Of a stretch of 64,000 nt of DNA, positions 30,608-39,844 are shown piece after piece; within the stretch, counting starts at the first letter, position 1, and each line of letters starts with the position of its first letter. A model generated the notes under the pieces. That model made no database searches. It saw only the letters and a list, made by a program, of their open reading frames with translations, and had not been told where the DNA came from. The DNA comes from an uncultured Verrucomicrobiae bacterium (GTDB lineage Bacteria; Verrucomicrobiota; Verrucomicrobiia; Limisphaerales; J093). The stretch covers positions 250,302-314,301 of the forward strand of contig CAWJWM010000027.1 of NCBI GenBank assembly GCA_963846445.1. The letters are read 5' to 3'. Position numbers and translations under genes: made by a program.

Positions 30608-31240
30608 ATGACCGCCGCCGCCATCCGGCATCTCTCGACCGTCGACCCGATTCTGGGGGCGTTGATTGCCAAAGTTAAGCCATGCGACCTCAAGCCAGAC
30701 CGCGTCCAGTCGCCGTTCCAGGCGCTCGTTCAAGCTGTGGCGCATCAGCAACTCAACGGCAAGGCGGCAAACACCATCCTTGCCAGGTTCATCGCCCTGT
30801 TCCCGCATGGTAGATTCCCGTCGGCCAAAGAGATTGTTGACTTGAACGCCAGTGCCCTGACCGGTGTCGGGTTCTCGCGGGCCAAGGCCGCGTACGTGAG
30901 GGAGATCGCCCGCCTGGCGCTGGAAGGAGTGGTGCCGGGCAATCGCCAGATCAACCGCATGTCGGACGACGAGATCATCGCCCGGCTCACGCAGATCAAA
31001 GGGGTGGGCCGCTGGACGGTCGAGATGCTGTTGATCTTCAGCCTGGGCAGGCCCGATATTCTGCCGGCTGATGATTACGGAATCCGACAGGGCTTCGCCA
31101 TCGCGTTCGGCAAGCGCAAGCTGCCGGAGCCAAAGCAAATCCTGAAACACGGCCAGAAGTGGAGGCCATATCGAACAACCGCATCCTGGTATCTGTGGCA
31201 GGCAGTTGATCTCCGCGAAGGGCGGCAAAAACCCTGGTGA
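30608..31240 (+). CDS. DNA-3-methyladenine glycosylase II (AlkA/HhH-GPD family)
   Basis: FQALVQAVAHQQLNGKAA, GFSRAK, LTQIKGVGRWTVEM, DILPADDYG, WRPYRTTASWYLW. Confidence 0.9.
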   Translation: MTAAAIRHLSTVDPILGALIAKVKPCDLKPDRVQSPFQALVQAVAHQQLNGKAANTILARFIALFPHGRFPSAKEIVDLNASALTGVGFSRAKAAYVREIARLALEGVVPGNRQINRMSDDEIIARLTQIKGVGRWTVEMLLIFSLGRPDILPADDYGIRQGFAIAFGKRKLPEPKQILKHGQKWRPYRTTASWYLWQAVDLREGRQKPW

Positions 31241-31411
31241 CACGCCCGCAAAGCGAAACTGCGGTATACCGACCCGCGTCGGCAATGTGCTCGTCGTCGT
31301 TAAGGTCACAGGGACACTGCGAACGCTGTCGACCCGGCGCGGCACGTGAAATCAGGTTTCGGGCCGTACTAATCCCGGATCAGTACGTAGACGGTGTGCG
31401 GCACATCGCGT

Positions 31412-31592
31412 TCAGGAGCCTGATAGCGGCCACCGGTCCGTCCACCAAGCGTACCTGCGCCCGTATGGGCAGCCGCCGGTGGTCTGCGAAGCGTAGGTGG
31501 CGGCGCCTTGGTTCGGCCCGGCCCGCTGGGCGGTCGGCGTCGCGCCGTCGAAACCGACCTTGGCCGACGTACCCGCGCCGATCGTGATCTCC
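31412..31592 (-). pseudogene. Phage tail-fibre-like gene relic 4 (3' part)
   Basis: EITIGAGTSAKVGFDGATPTAQRAGPNQGAATYASQT, homologous to the continuation in relic 6 (EIAVSANATAKDGFHGQTPTAQRAG). Confidence 0.6.
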
Positions 31593-31686
31593 TGCGAGAA
31601 CAGGTCGAGAAGCCCGCCGACTTTCAGGAAGGACAGAACGCCGCCACCGGGGCGCTTTGGCAGCGCCTCGCGGTGCCTTGGCGCGA

Positions 31687-31795
31687 GGAGAACGCCGAGC
31701 GAATCAGTCACGATCCGTCGGGCCGCGGGAGGGAATCACAGGCGCAGAGGCAGCGGGCCGGCGATGCCGTTGGCTCAATTCGCACAGGGTTAGAC
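31687..31795 (-). other. attC-like site downstream of the DUF1232 cassette
   Basis: Minus strand: GTCTAAC ... CGAATTGAGCCAACG ... CGTGACTGATTCG ... GTTCTCC, i.e. an R''-L''-L'-R' layout starting 4 bp after the stop codon. Confidence 0.6.
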
Positions 31796-31799
31796 CCGC

Positions 31800-32073
31800 T
31801 CATGATACAAGCGCCCGCCGATGCTCCTCCAACAATGGCTTCGGAATCGTCTTGAGCGCCAAATAGACCAAAGTGGGAACGATGACGGCATCGTCCAGAT
31901 ACCCTACTACCGGAATGAAATCGGGGATGATGTCCACCGGCGAAAAGGCCTAGGCCACCGCCGAGCCGAGCAACCACTTCGTCAGCTTTGGCGTCCGTGG
32001 GTCTGCCAAGAATGTTCCGGTAAAGCTGAAGCTCTCGGTTGAATCTCAGGATTAGTTCTTTGAACTTCTTCAC
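31800..32073 (-). pseudogene. DUF1232/YkvA family protein (frameshift and in-frame TAG)
   Basis: [36 protein letters not shown]. Confidence 0.8.
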
Positions 32074-32354
32074 GTCTATCGTTGATCATACGAACTGCCG
32101 GTTCGTATACAGAAATTCGCTCTCGGGACGGCAAGCTCGCCCCGGACGCCTTGCCGCCTGACGGCAAGCACGACCTGCCCCAAACAGCCGGGGTGCTGGC
32201 TTTATGCCGCGACTCTAAGCCCGAGCCGGGTCTGACGGCAAGCCGGCTTTGGCTCAGCGGCGCCAGCCTACGCCCCTCCGTTGACAACGCCCCCCCTCGA
32301 CGAGCGCCGTCTGGGTCTCGCGGAGGAGCGCCACCGCCACCGTCGCGCCGTGAT

Positions 32355-33179
32355 TCAGCGTTTGATCTCGCTGAACACGTAGCGGATCACATACGCGACG
32401 GGCTGCGCTTCGTCGTCGCTGCCCGAAGCGCTGACATTGAGCAGGACCAGGGCTTTGCCGAACCGGGGCACTTCGCTGTGGCGGAGCTCCATCTTTCGCG
32501 TGCGGGTCGCCTTGCGCTGGGGGGAAATCTCCACACCGCTCTCGGCCAGAACCGACAACTCGAAGTTCACCTGGACGCAAAGCTCCCGGGCGGGCGGGGG
32601 TGGGCGATCCAGCGGCGCACCGGCAGAGAGATGAACGATCAGCCCCGTGTCTTGGTAGGTGATCGAGTTGATCGATGGGCCGGAGTTCCTGCCCATTGAG
32701 CCGGTAACCATCGGTTCGCTGGTGCCCAGCATGATGCTCTCGTCATAGAGGTTGACGGTCTGATCGATCTTGTAGAGCACCCTCGTCTTGCCGAACTCGG
32801 CCAGGGCTTTCGCCAGATCTTGGGCGGTGGCGGCCTTGGCTTCGAGCGCCTGCGCGTCCAGATCGGCGATACGGTGCTCGGGAACCTGAAGCTCGAAGAC
32901 CGTTACCTCGAGACGAGCCGGAGCGATTTGGCCCGGGGGTTGCGATGCCGGTCTCGACTGCCGCATGGGGTTCATCTCGGGAGGGCGAACCCGCTCGATG
33001 GGCACTCCGGCTCTACCACCGGGCATCGCCGGGCTGCGCGTGAGGACAGGCGGCGGGGTTGGCTCAGGCGGCGGGGGCAGTTCCTGGGCTTCCGAGCGCC
33101 ACGAGGCCAGAGGGGTGAGGCCGATGGCCACGATGGCTGCCGTCGCCAGAACCGTCGGTCTAGCTGAGTGGGTTTTCAT
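32355..33179 (-). CDS. Secreted hypothetical protein with Pro-rich linker and a secretin-C-terminus-like segment
   Basis: Signal peptide MKTHSARPTVLATAAIVAIG; QELPPPPEPTPPP; SITYQDTGLIVHL. Confidence 0.55.
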   Translation of the reverse strand: MKTHSARPTVLATAAIVAIGLTPLASWRSEAQELPPPPEPTPPPVLTRSPAMPGGRAGVPIERVRPPEMNPMRQSRPASQPPGQIAPARLEVTVFELQVPEHRIADLDAQALEAKAATAQDLAKALAEFGKTRVLYKIDQTVNLYDESIMLGTSEPMVTGSMGRNSGPSINSITYQDTGLIVHLSAGAPLDRPPPPARELCVQVNFELSVLAESGVEISPQRKATRTRKMELRHSEVPRFGKALVLLNVSASGSDDEAQPVAYVIRYVFSEIKR

Positions 33180-33526
33180 GGGGTTGGCCGGAGGGTGCCG
33201 GGAAGGAGACGCGCTGAACACGCGGGTGGGGGGAACGCGGAAACGCCCTGCGTCGCAGACCGCCCAGCTCTTCGCTTCATGGTCCGACTGTATCTCGATG
33301 CGGCCCTCGCGGCAAGGCATTTGGGACTTCGCCGGATGGCTGGGCACGGGATCAGGCCTCTGAGGGCCGCCGAAAAACCGCCGAGCGGGACCTGCGATGA
33401 CGTGGCTCCTGCACCGGCGCCGCCCGGCTCTCGCTCCGCAGCGTGACGGTGGGCACGGCCTGCTCCCACGTCGGCGGGTCGGTGAGGATCTGTGAGATTG
33501 GGTAGGAAGCGGGACGCAGGCCATGA

Positions 33527-33925
33527 CTACGGCCCAGCGTGGTGATTGTGACCATGCCTTCCGATGGTGATGGCGGCAACACCGCAGGCCACGCACACGC
33601 TCAAAACGCTCGCCACGAGATCCCACCTGTCAAACCTGTATCGGACCTTCGCCAAGATCCCGGGTCGGGGGAGGAGTTGAGCGAACTCCAGTGCGAGTGC
33701 CATCGCCAGGATCAGCAAAGTGGTCTGGAGAAGGGAGCGCCGCGTCAGGCTGCCTTTGCTGGAGAGCCACAGGAACAAAAAGCCCGCCGGGCCAAGCAGA
33801 CTCGGCGCGACGCTGACCAGGAACGCGCCGCTGCCGTTCAATCCCAACCCACGCGCCGCCTTGACGGGAATGATCAAAAGGAGGAGCAACGCCCCAAGCC
33901 ACCCGTGGAACTTCGCAACTCTCAT
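33527..33925 (-). CDS. Small membrane protein
   Basis: Hydrophobic ORF MRVAKFHGWLGALLLLLII...LEFAQL...FDRWDLVAS. Confidence 0.6.
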   Translation of the reverse strand: MRVAKFHGWLGALLLLLIIPVKAARGLGLNGSGAFLVSVAPSLLGPAGFLFLWLSSKGSLTRRSLLQTTLLILAMALALEFAQLLPRPGILAKVRYRFDRWDLVASVLSVCVACGVAAITIGRHGHNHHAGP

Positions 33926-34124
33926 TCGTTCTGATGTTCCGCTCTGCAAGTGCACCTCCGAGCCATCGCCATAATCCTTCTGTAATCTTGTAGGAACGTA
34001 CCGGAACGGAAGGTGGCATTCAAAGCGAAACGGTCGGAATTGCTGCTCAGTAAGGTGTGTGTGCCAGCCTCCCCGGCGCGGCCTGGCGGGGATCGGGTAG
34101 CTGCGTGGCTGGCGGTCTGCTGGA

Positions 34125-34480
34125 CAGTCGGCGTGACGCTTCACCGCCCCGTCGGTGACGCTCCAGACCAGGTACCCGGTCGGGATGGTGCCGCTGGCGG
34201 GATCGACGGTGACGGCTGCCGGCTTGACCTGCTGGCGGGTCCCCGGCGTCCCTGCCCCGGTGCAGGCCCACTCCCCGCCCAGCGTGTCGCGCCAGAACTC
34301 GTTAGGACCCGCGTCCCGCTGGTTGGCGGGCCGATGATCTTCGTCGGGCTGCCGTTCTGATAGGTAGCGACTCGCTTGGGCACTCCCTCGGCCAGGACCT
34401 CGAAGTTGTCCTGGACCAGCGCCATGAAGTTCGCGGCGTTCTCGACATCTTTCAGTCGTGGGTGTGGAGGGATGGTAGCG
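34125..34480 (-). pseudogene. Phage tail-fibre-like gene relic 5 (retains N-terminus)
   Basis: RLKDVENAANFMALVQDNFEVLAEGVPKRVATYQNGSPTKIIGPPTSG..EFWRDTLGGEWACTGAGTPGT..GYLVWSVTDGAVKRHAD. Confidence 0.7.
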
Positions 34481-34485
34481 ACAGG

Positions 34486-34795
34486 TCAAGTTTTGCGGAC
34501 GGTGATTTCATCATAGTCGAGGCTGCGGAACCCGTTGCTTTGCGAGTAGGCCCGCAGGCTGAAGGTGATCTGGGAACCAAGCGCCGCGACCAGGTCGGCG
34601 TTGGCGATGGTGGCTAGTCCCGACGCACCCGTCACAGTGATTTGCGCCAGTTCAACTCCCCCGGTCGTGGTGATGACCAACAGAGTGTGGTGGGTGGACG
34701 GGGCGAGTGTCTCGGTCGGTGGGGTGAAGCTGCGCGTGTCGCTTGTCGGGTCCCACTGCACGACCAAGTTCTGGCCGGTGGTGTAGGTGGGGCAC
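34486..34795 (-). pseudogene. C-terminal fragment of a probable phage tail-tip protein, directly upstream of relic 5
   Basis: PTYTTGQNLVVQWDPT...ITFSLRAYSQSNGFRSLDYDEITVRKT*; Thr-rich, beta-strand-like; no 5' part. Confidence 0.45.
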
Positions 34796-34928
34796 CAACG
34801 ACCGAACAATCGGTGGTGTGCCATGCTGAGACACAAGGAACCTGAATGATCCCAAGCCTTCGTTCCTTGTGGGTTCAGCATCTCTTGACTGGCGTCCTGT
34901 GCCAGTTTACGAGAGGCGACCACTGAAC

Positions 34929-36164
34929 GTGCACTCCCGACATTTAGGTGGTTCGCCGTGTCCCAACAGCCCGCCTGCGGCCTGGCGGGCTCTGCCCGCT
35001 GGCATTTGGGCGTTGGGCTTCGGCTCGCTGCTCATGGATGCCTCCTCGGAGCTGATCCACAGCCTCCTACCGGTGTTTATGGTCACTGGGCTGGGGGCTT
35101 CCGTGGTGACGGTCGGCGTGATTGAGGGCGTGGCGGAAGCGACCGCCGCTGTCATGAAGGTCTTCTCGGGCACCCTCAGCGATTACTTGGGCAAACGCAA
35201 GTTCCTGACGGTTCTCGGCTATGCACTCGCGGCGTTCACCAAACCGGTTTTCCCGCTCGCCACCTCAATCGGCTGGGTATTCACGGCGCGTTTTGTCGAT
35301 CGCGTCGGCAAAGGGATCCGCGGTGCACCACGCGACGCGCTGGTGGCCGACATGACGCCGCCGCAACTGCGAGGCGCGGCGTACGGGCTGCGCCAGGCGC
35401 TCGATTCGGTTGGCGCGTTGGTCGGCCCGCTGCTGGCAGTCGCGCTCATGAGTTGGCTCGCCAATGACATCAGAGCAGTGATGTGGGCTGCGGTGGTGCC
35501 GGCTTTCACCGCAGTGGCGTTGCTGATGATCTATGTCCGCGAACCCGAGCCCGCACACGCGCACGGCCCCACGGCCCGGTTCACGGTTGCGAATGTCCGA
35601 CGTTTGCCGTGGCGCTACTGGCTGGTTGTGCTGCTGGGGGCGGTTGTTACACTAGCGCGCTTCAGCGAAGCGTTTCTTGTGCTGCGCGCCCAGGATGCCG
35701 GGCTCGAACTCAGGTACGTGCCGCTTGTGATGATCGTGATGAACGTCTTTTACGCCGGAGCCGCCTACCCAGCCGGGGCCGCCGCCGACCGAGTCAGCCA
35801 GCGCACATTGCTGTTCCTCGGGCTGGCTCTGCTGATTGCCGCGGATTTCATGCTCGCCTCTGCCGCATCGCCGTTGTTTGTGCTCGGGGGTGCCGCGCTG
35901 TGGGGCCTACACATGGCCTTCACGCAAGGGCTGTTGTCGAAACTTGTTGCGGACACTGCCCCCGCAGAGCTACGCGGGACGGGTTTCGGGATATTCAATC
36001 TTGTGAGTGGCAGCACGTTGCTGTTGGCGAGTGTCATTGCCGGCGCTCTATGGAGCGCTCTTGGGCCGTCGGCCACGTTTCTGGCCGGTGCCGTCTTCGC
36101 GGTCATGGCGGCCATTGGTTTGCTGGCCACCGTGCGGCAGCGCAAGCCAGAAGCCGTGAAATGA
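34929..36164 (+). CDS. MFS transporter
   Basis: Many hydrophobic segments; LMDASSELIHSLLP, SGTLSDYLGKRK, DRVGKGIRGAPRDALVAD. Confidence 0.9.
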   Translation: MHSRHLGGSPCPNSPPAAWRALPAGIWALGFGSLLMDASSELIHSLLPVFMVTGLGASVVTVGVIEGVAEATAAVMKVFSGTLSDYLGKRKFLTVLGYALAAFTKPVFPLATSIGWVFTARFVDRVGKGIRGAPRDALVADMTPPQLRGAAYGLRQALDSVGALVGPLLAVALMSWLANDIRAVMWAAVVPAFTAVALLMIYVREPEPAHAHGPTARFTVANVRRLPWRYWLVVLLGAVVTLARFSEAFLVLRAQDAGLELRYVPLVMIVMNVFYAGAAYPAGAAADRVSQRTLLFLGLALLIAADFMLASAASPLFVLGGAALWGLHMAFTQGLLSKLVADTAPAELRGTGFGIFNLVSGSTLLLASVIAGALWSALGPSATFLAGAVFAVMAAIGLLATVRQRKPEAVK

Positions 36165-36279
36165 TGCCTGTGTGGCAGCGGTCAGTTCGGTCCAACAGCG
36201 TGTCTGAAAACAGCATGGGGTTCTGTTTTCGTGGCAAAGGCATGATGGCGAGGCACGAGGAGGGAGGATACCCGTAGCG

Positions 36280-36815
36280 GTCTCTGGCCGACGAGCCCGT
36301 CCTCGACCTCCTGCGCCTCCGTCGGCGGGGCGCCGATGGTCTGCGTGCAGCAGGTGACCGCGGCCCGGTTCCCCCGGCGCGCTGAGCCGTCGGAGTCTGG
36401 CCGTGGAATCCGTCCTTTGCCGTAGCGTTCGCGCTGACCGCGATTTCCCACGAGTACCCGCCGGCGTGGCGCTTGATGTGGCCGGTGATCACGTTCAGGA
36501 TGAGGTAGCCGATCGGGACGGTGCCGGTTGAGGGATCGGCCGTCAACGCCGCCGGGCGGATCTGGATCCACGTCCCCGGCGTGCCGGTTCCCGTGCAACG
36601 CCACTCCCCGCCTGGCCCGCATGTTTCATAGAATCTTGACCGCCGCGAGGCTGCAGACTCCGACGGAGGCATGGATGCGGGCCAACCCAGATCGCAGACT
36701 GCGCGAAGCCCTGCGAAGGATCCGGGCTTGGGCATCGCGCCAGAACTCATCGAGGACATGCGTCCCGTTGGTAGGCGGGCCGATGGCGGTCGTGGGCGAG
36801 CCGTTCTGGTAGGTG
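36280..36815 (-). pseudogene. Phage tail-fibre-like gene relic 6, with the same double-hairpin insertion (~36612-36731)
   Basis: TYQNGSPTTAIGP..EFWRDA[insert]GGEWRCTGTGTPGTWIQIRPAA..HAGGYSWEIAVSANATAKDGFHGQTPTAQRAG..QTIGAPPTEAQEV. Confidence 0.7.
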
Positions 36816-37130
36816 ACGACTCGCTTGGCGGTTTCGGCGGCTGGGCCATTGTTGATCGCCCGGACCTGCGCCCGCGTTGACGGGTCCTCACATCACCGTA
36901 GATGCGGTAGGCTCAGAATGACCCCGTCGCACAGCGCATGTTGCTGCGCGATATGGGAAACTCCCGCCGGCGAGATCGCTTCGATGCAGTATCTATCCAG
37001 CTCATCGCCAAACTTCTTGTCTTCCAATTGAATGAGCCGCTCTTTGCTCAGCTCTTGAATGACTTCGAGAGGAAATCCGCACTGGCGCAGCGTTGGCCGC
37101 ACGCCGAAATACAGCAGATCGCGCAGGCGA
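36446..37130. repeat. ~690-bp direct repeat S copy 2
   Basis: Matches 21356-22042. Confidence 0.9.
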
Positions 37131-37498
37131 TAAAACCGGTGCGAACCGTCCGCGTCCACCGTGGTAGAAAAGTCGTCACCGGCGGCGGTCACGGCATTCG
37201 TAACGGCGCTCCAGCCAGCGGCGGGCAACGCGGCGGCAAACTCGAGAACGCAGTTGGTGAAATGCGTCGCCCACGCAACGCGAAGCGATCCGTTTCCTGC
37301 CTGCGTGACGCTCAACTGCGGCAGCGCCACAAGAGTGATGTTGGAGATGGTGACGTACCAGGCGTGTCCGCCTGCCCAACCTGTGATTCCATTCCACACG
37401 ACACCTCCGTTGGTCGGCATCGAGAATGTCCAGTCGAACAGGTACTGCGTTCCTGAAGGGTAGAGATTCCGTACTCGAACACGCGACTGTCGGTTCAC
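36893..37498 (-). CDS. Chimeric ORF: FYRL-module protein fragment fused in frame to the 21805-22074 small gene
   Basis: ...TTVDADGSHRFY|RLRDLLYFGVRPTLRQ...; the junction coincides with the end of repeat S. Confidence 0.6.
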   Translation of the reverse strand: MNRQSRVRVRNLYPSGTQYLFDWTFSMPTNGGVVWNGITGWAGGHAWYVTISNITLVALPQLSVTQAGNGSLRVAWATHFTNCVLEFAAALPAAGWSAVTNAVTAAGDDFSTTVDADGSHRFYRLRDLLYFGVRPTLRQCGFPLEVIQELSKERLIQLEDKKFGDELDRYCIEAISPAGVSHIAQQHALCDGVILSLPHLR

Positions 37499-38130
37499 GG
37501 CGTGATCCGGTGGGCGACGAACGTGCCGTTGGTGCGCTCACCGCCAAACGTGCTCCAGCCCCAACGTCCCTGGAAAATGGTGCCGTCGTAGACGCCGTCG
37601 AGAAACACGTTGTTGTCCGCCCAACCCCTATTCAGGTTGATCGACAATCGGCTGCCGTCCCAGTGGCCCTCCAACTCACCTTGCCCGATTTGCGGGCCGA
37701 TGTCGCGACCGGCCGTCTCCGGGCTGCCCGGCCCCACATAATCAAACGCCCACGTGCCTGAAACCACGTTGGTTACCCACTCAAGGTGAAGCTGCCCTGT
37801 CACCAACAGGATACCCTCCGGGTTGAAGCCCTGATAGGCGAATCGCCCAGGCTGCGGCGGTGCATCCGTCCAAACGACCCGGTAGAACATGGGCACGGTA
37901 ACGGTCACGGTCGCGTTGCTGGCCTGGACCCGGGACAGGTTCGTGAGCGCCTCGAACTGCTGCCAGGGGCCGGTGGCCGAACTGGCCCATTCGACCCGAT
38001 AGGTCGCGTTCCTGACGGTGTTGGTCCACGTCAATTGGCCGTGGCAGTCCAACGAGGTGATGGTCACGTCGGCGGCGCTGACTGCAACGGCCAGCAGCTC
38101 ACAGAGACCCACGGCAATTGGAATCTTCAT
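37495..38130 (-). CDS. Secreted hypothetical protein with N-terminal FYRV module
   Basis: Signal peptide; GQLTWTN..ATYRVEWASSATGPW..PMFYRVVW; then a beta-rich domain (NLNRGWADNNVFLDG). Confidence 0.7.
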   Translation of the reverse strand: MKIPIAVGLCELLAVAVSAADVTITSLDCHGQLTWTNTVRNATYRVEWASSATGPWQQFEALTNLSRVQASNATVTVTVPMFYRVVWTDAPPQPGRFAYQGFNPEGILLVTGQLHLEWVTNVVSGTWAFDYVGPGSPETAGRDIGPQIGQGELEGHWDGSRLSINLNRGWADNNVFLDGVYDGTIFQGRWGWSTFGGERTNGTFVAHRITP

Positions 38131-38295
38131 AAGACATGCGGTGATATTCCAATTCCAAGATGGCCGTGTTTTTCTGAGAGTCAATGGGAGACATCGTCGA
38201 CCGCCGGTTGTGCCGCCAGCCTGTCTGCTCTTGGGAAACGGCCCGCCAGGGGCACGCGTCCGACAAGGCGCGCCATCCTGGCAGGATGCCGGGTT

Positions 38296-38482
38296 CACCA
38301 GTCCGCTCCCGCCTGGCGCCTCACCGCGCCGTCGGTGACGTTCCACACCCAGTACCCGACCGGGATCGTGCCGCTGGACGGGTCGGCGGTGACTGCGGCG
38401 GGCCTGATCTGGATCCACGTGCCTGGCGTGCCCGCCACCGTGCACCGCCACTCCCCGCCTGGCCCGCATGTTTCATAGAATC
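38296..38482 (-). pseudogene. Phage tail-fibre-like gene relic 7 (mosaic), marks the right end of the island
   Basis: GGEWRCTVAGTPGTWIQIRPAAVTADPSSGTIPVGYWVWNVTDGAVRRQAG; begins with the same insertion end as relic 6 (CCTGGCCCGCATGTTTCATAGAATC). Confidence 0.7.
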
Positions 38483-38491
38483 AGAGCCTCG

Positions 38492-39778
38492 CTAAACGTC
38501 GAGTTTCCACGGCGCACGCATGGGCTGGGAGATGTAAGCGTTGGCCTGATCGTCGTCCGCGAAGCGCTGCGTCTTGGAGTCGAACCGGAGGGGACGACCC
38601 GTCTGCACCGCGATCTTGGCGAGATTGACCAGGGTGCAGGATCGGTGACCGTTGATTTCGTTCAAGGCGAATTTCTTCCGCGACCTGACCGCCTGAATGA
38701 AATCGGTCAGTTGCGGCTCAGGATCGGGCAATTCGCGCAGCTTCTTCTCCAGGTCGGCAATATCGCTCTCGAAATCGCGGCTGAGCTTGCCCTTCGGGCC
38801 GGCAAGGAAGGGGGCGGTGTCCTTGTTCTCACCGTCCAGGATGATCTCGCAGCCGTCGGCGTACTTCAACCGAACGCGGCGCCAGGGCAGGACGGCGTCG
38901 GGATGCTGCGGGTCGGTATCCGCTTCGATCTGGACGGGGCTTTCGTCGTCTTTGCCGAGGATGTACTGGACCGGGTCGAGGTAGTGCTGGCCCATGTCGC
39001 CCAAGCCGCCGCCGTCGTAGTCCCAATACCCGCGGAAGGTGGCGTGCACACGATGGGGGTGATACGGCTTCACGGGCGCGGGCCCCAGCCAGAGGTCGTA
39101 ATCGAGTTCGGGCGGCACCGGTTGGGGAGTGAGATCGGTGCGGCCGCACCACTGATTCTGTTTCCAGTCGAAGCCGGTAGGACCACCGAGCGTGACTTTG
39201 AGCGGCCAGCCCAGAAGCCCAGCCTGGACGATCTTCTTGATCGGTTTGACGGTCATGCCCATGCCGTAGAAACCGCCCTCGAATCGGAACCAGGTGTTGA
39301 GCCGGAAAATGCGGCCATGCTTGGCGATCGCGGCCTTGACGGCTTCCCCTTCGCCGATGGTGCGGGTCATGGGTTTCTCGCACCAGATGTCCTTGCCGGC
39401 CTGGGCGGCGGCGATCGAGATCAGCCCGTGCCAGTGCGGCGGCGTGGGGATGTGGACGATGTCGATGTCCTTCCGGGCCAGCACTTCGCGGAAAGTCCTT
39501 GTAGGCCTTGACCCCCTCGCCGCCGATCTTCAGCGCGGCCTTCAGGTGGTTCTCATCCACGTCGCAGACGGCGAGCAGTTTCGCTTCGCGGGTTGATGAT
39601 TTCAGATGGCCTTGCCCCATGCCGCCGACGCCGATGACCGCCTTGGTCAGCACTTCGCTCGGCGGGGTGTATCGCCCGCTCCGCCCAGGACGTGTCGGGG
39701 CACGATGTTCAGTGTCGTGATCGCTGCGACCGACGTCTTGACGAAGTCGCGCCGAGTGAACAGGTGATTTCGCTTCAT
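38492..39778 (-). CDS. Tat-exported Gfo/Idh/MocA oxidoreductase; frameshifted
   Basis: TRRDFVK twin-arginine signal; IGVGGMG; TPPHWH; CEKP; DMGQHYLD. Confidence 0.9.
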
Positions 39779-39844
39779 AGGCTGGGCTGTGTGTGCCAGA
39801 AACCGAGCCATAAAGCCACGAAGAATCTCCTCGAACCCGATTGC

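Noticed and set aside
17468-38482. Intact prophage, or an invertase-driven tail-fibre shufflon
   Set aside because: No head, packaging or lysis genes and no invertase were found; all relics are in direct orientation and overlap the same gene region rather than being alternative C-termini.
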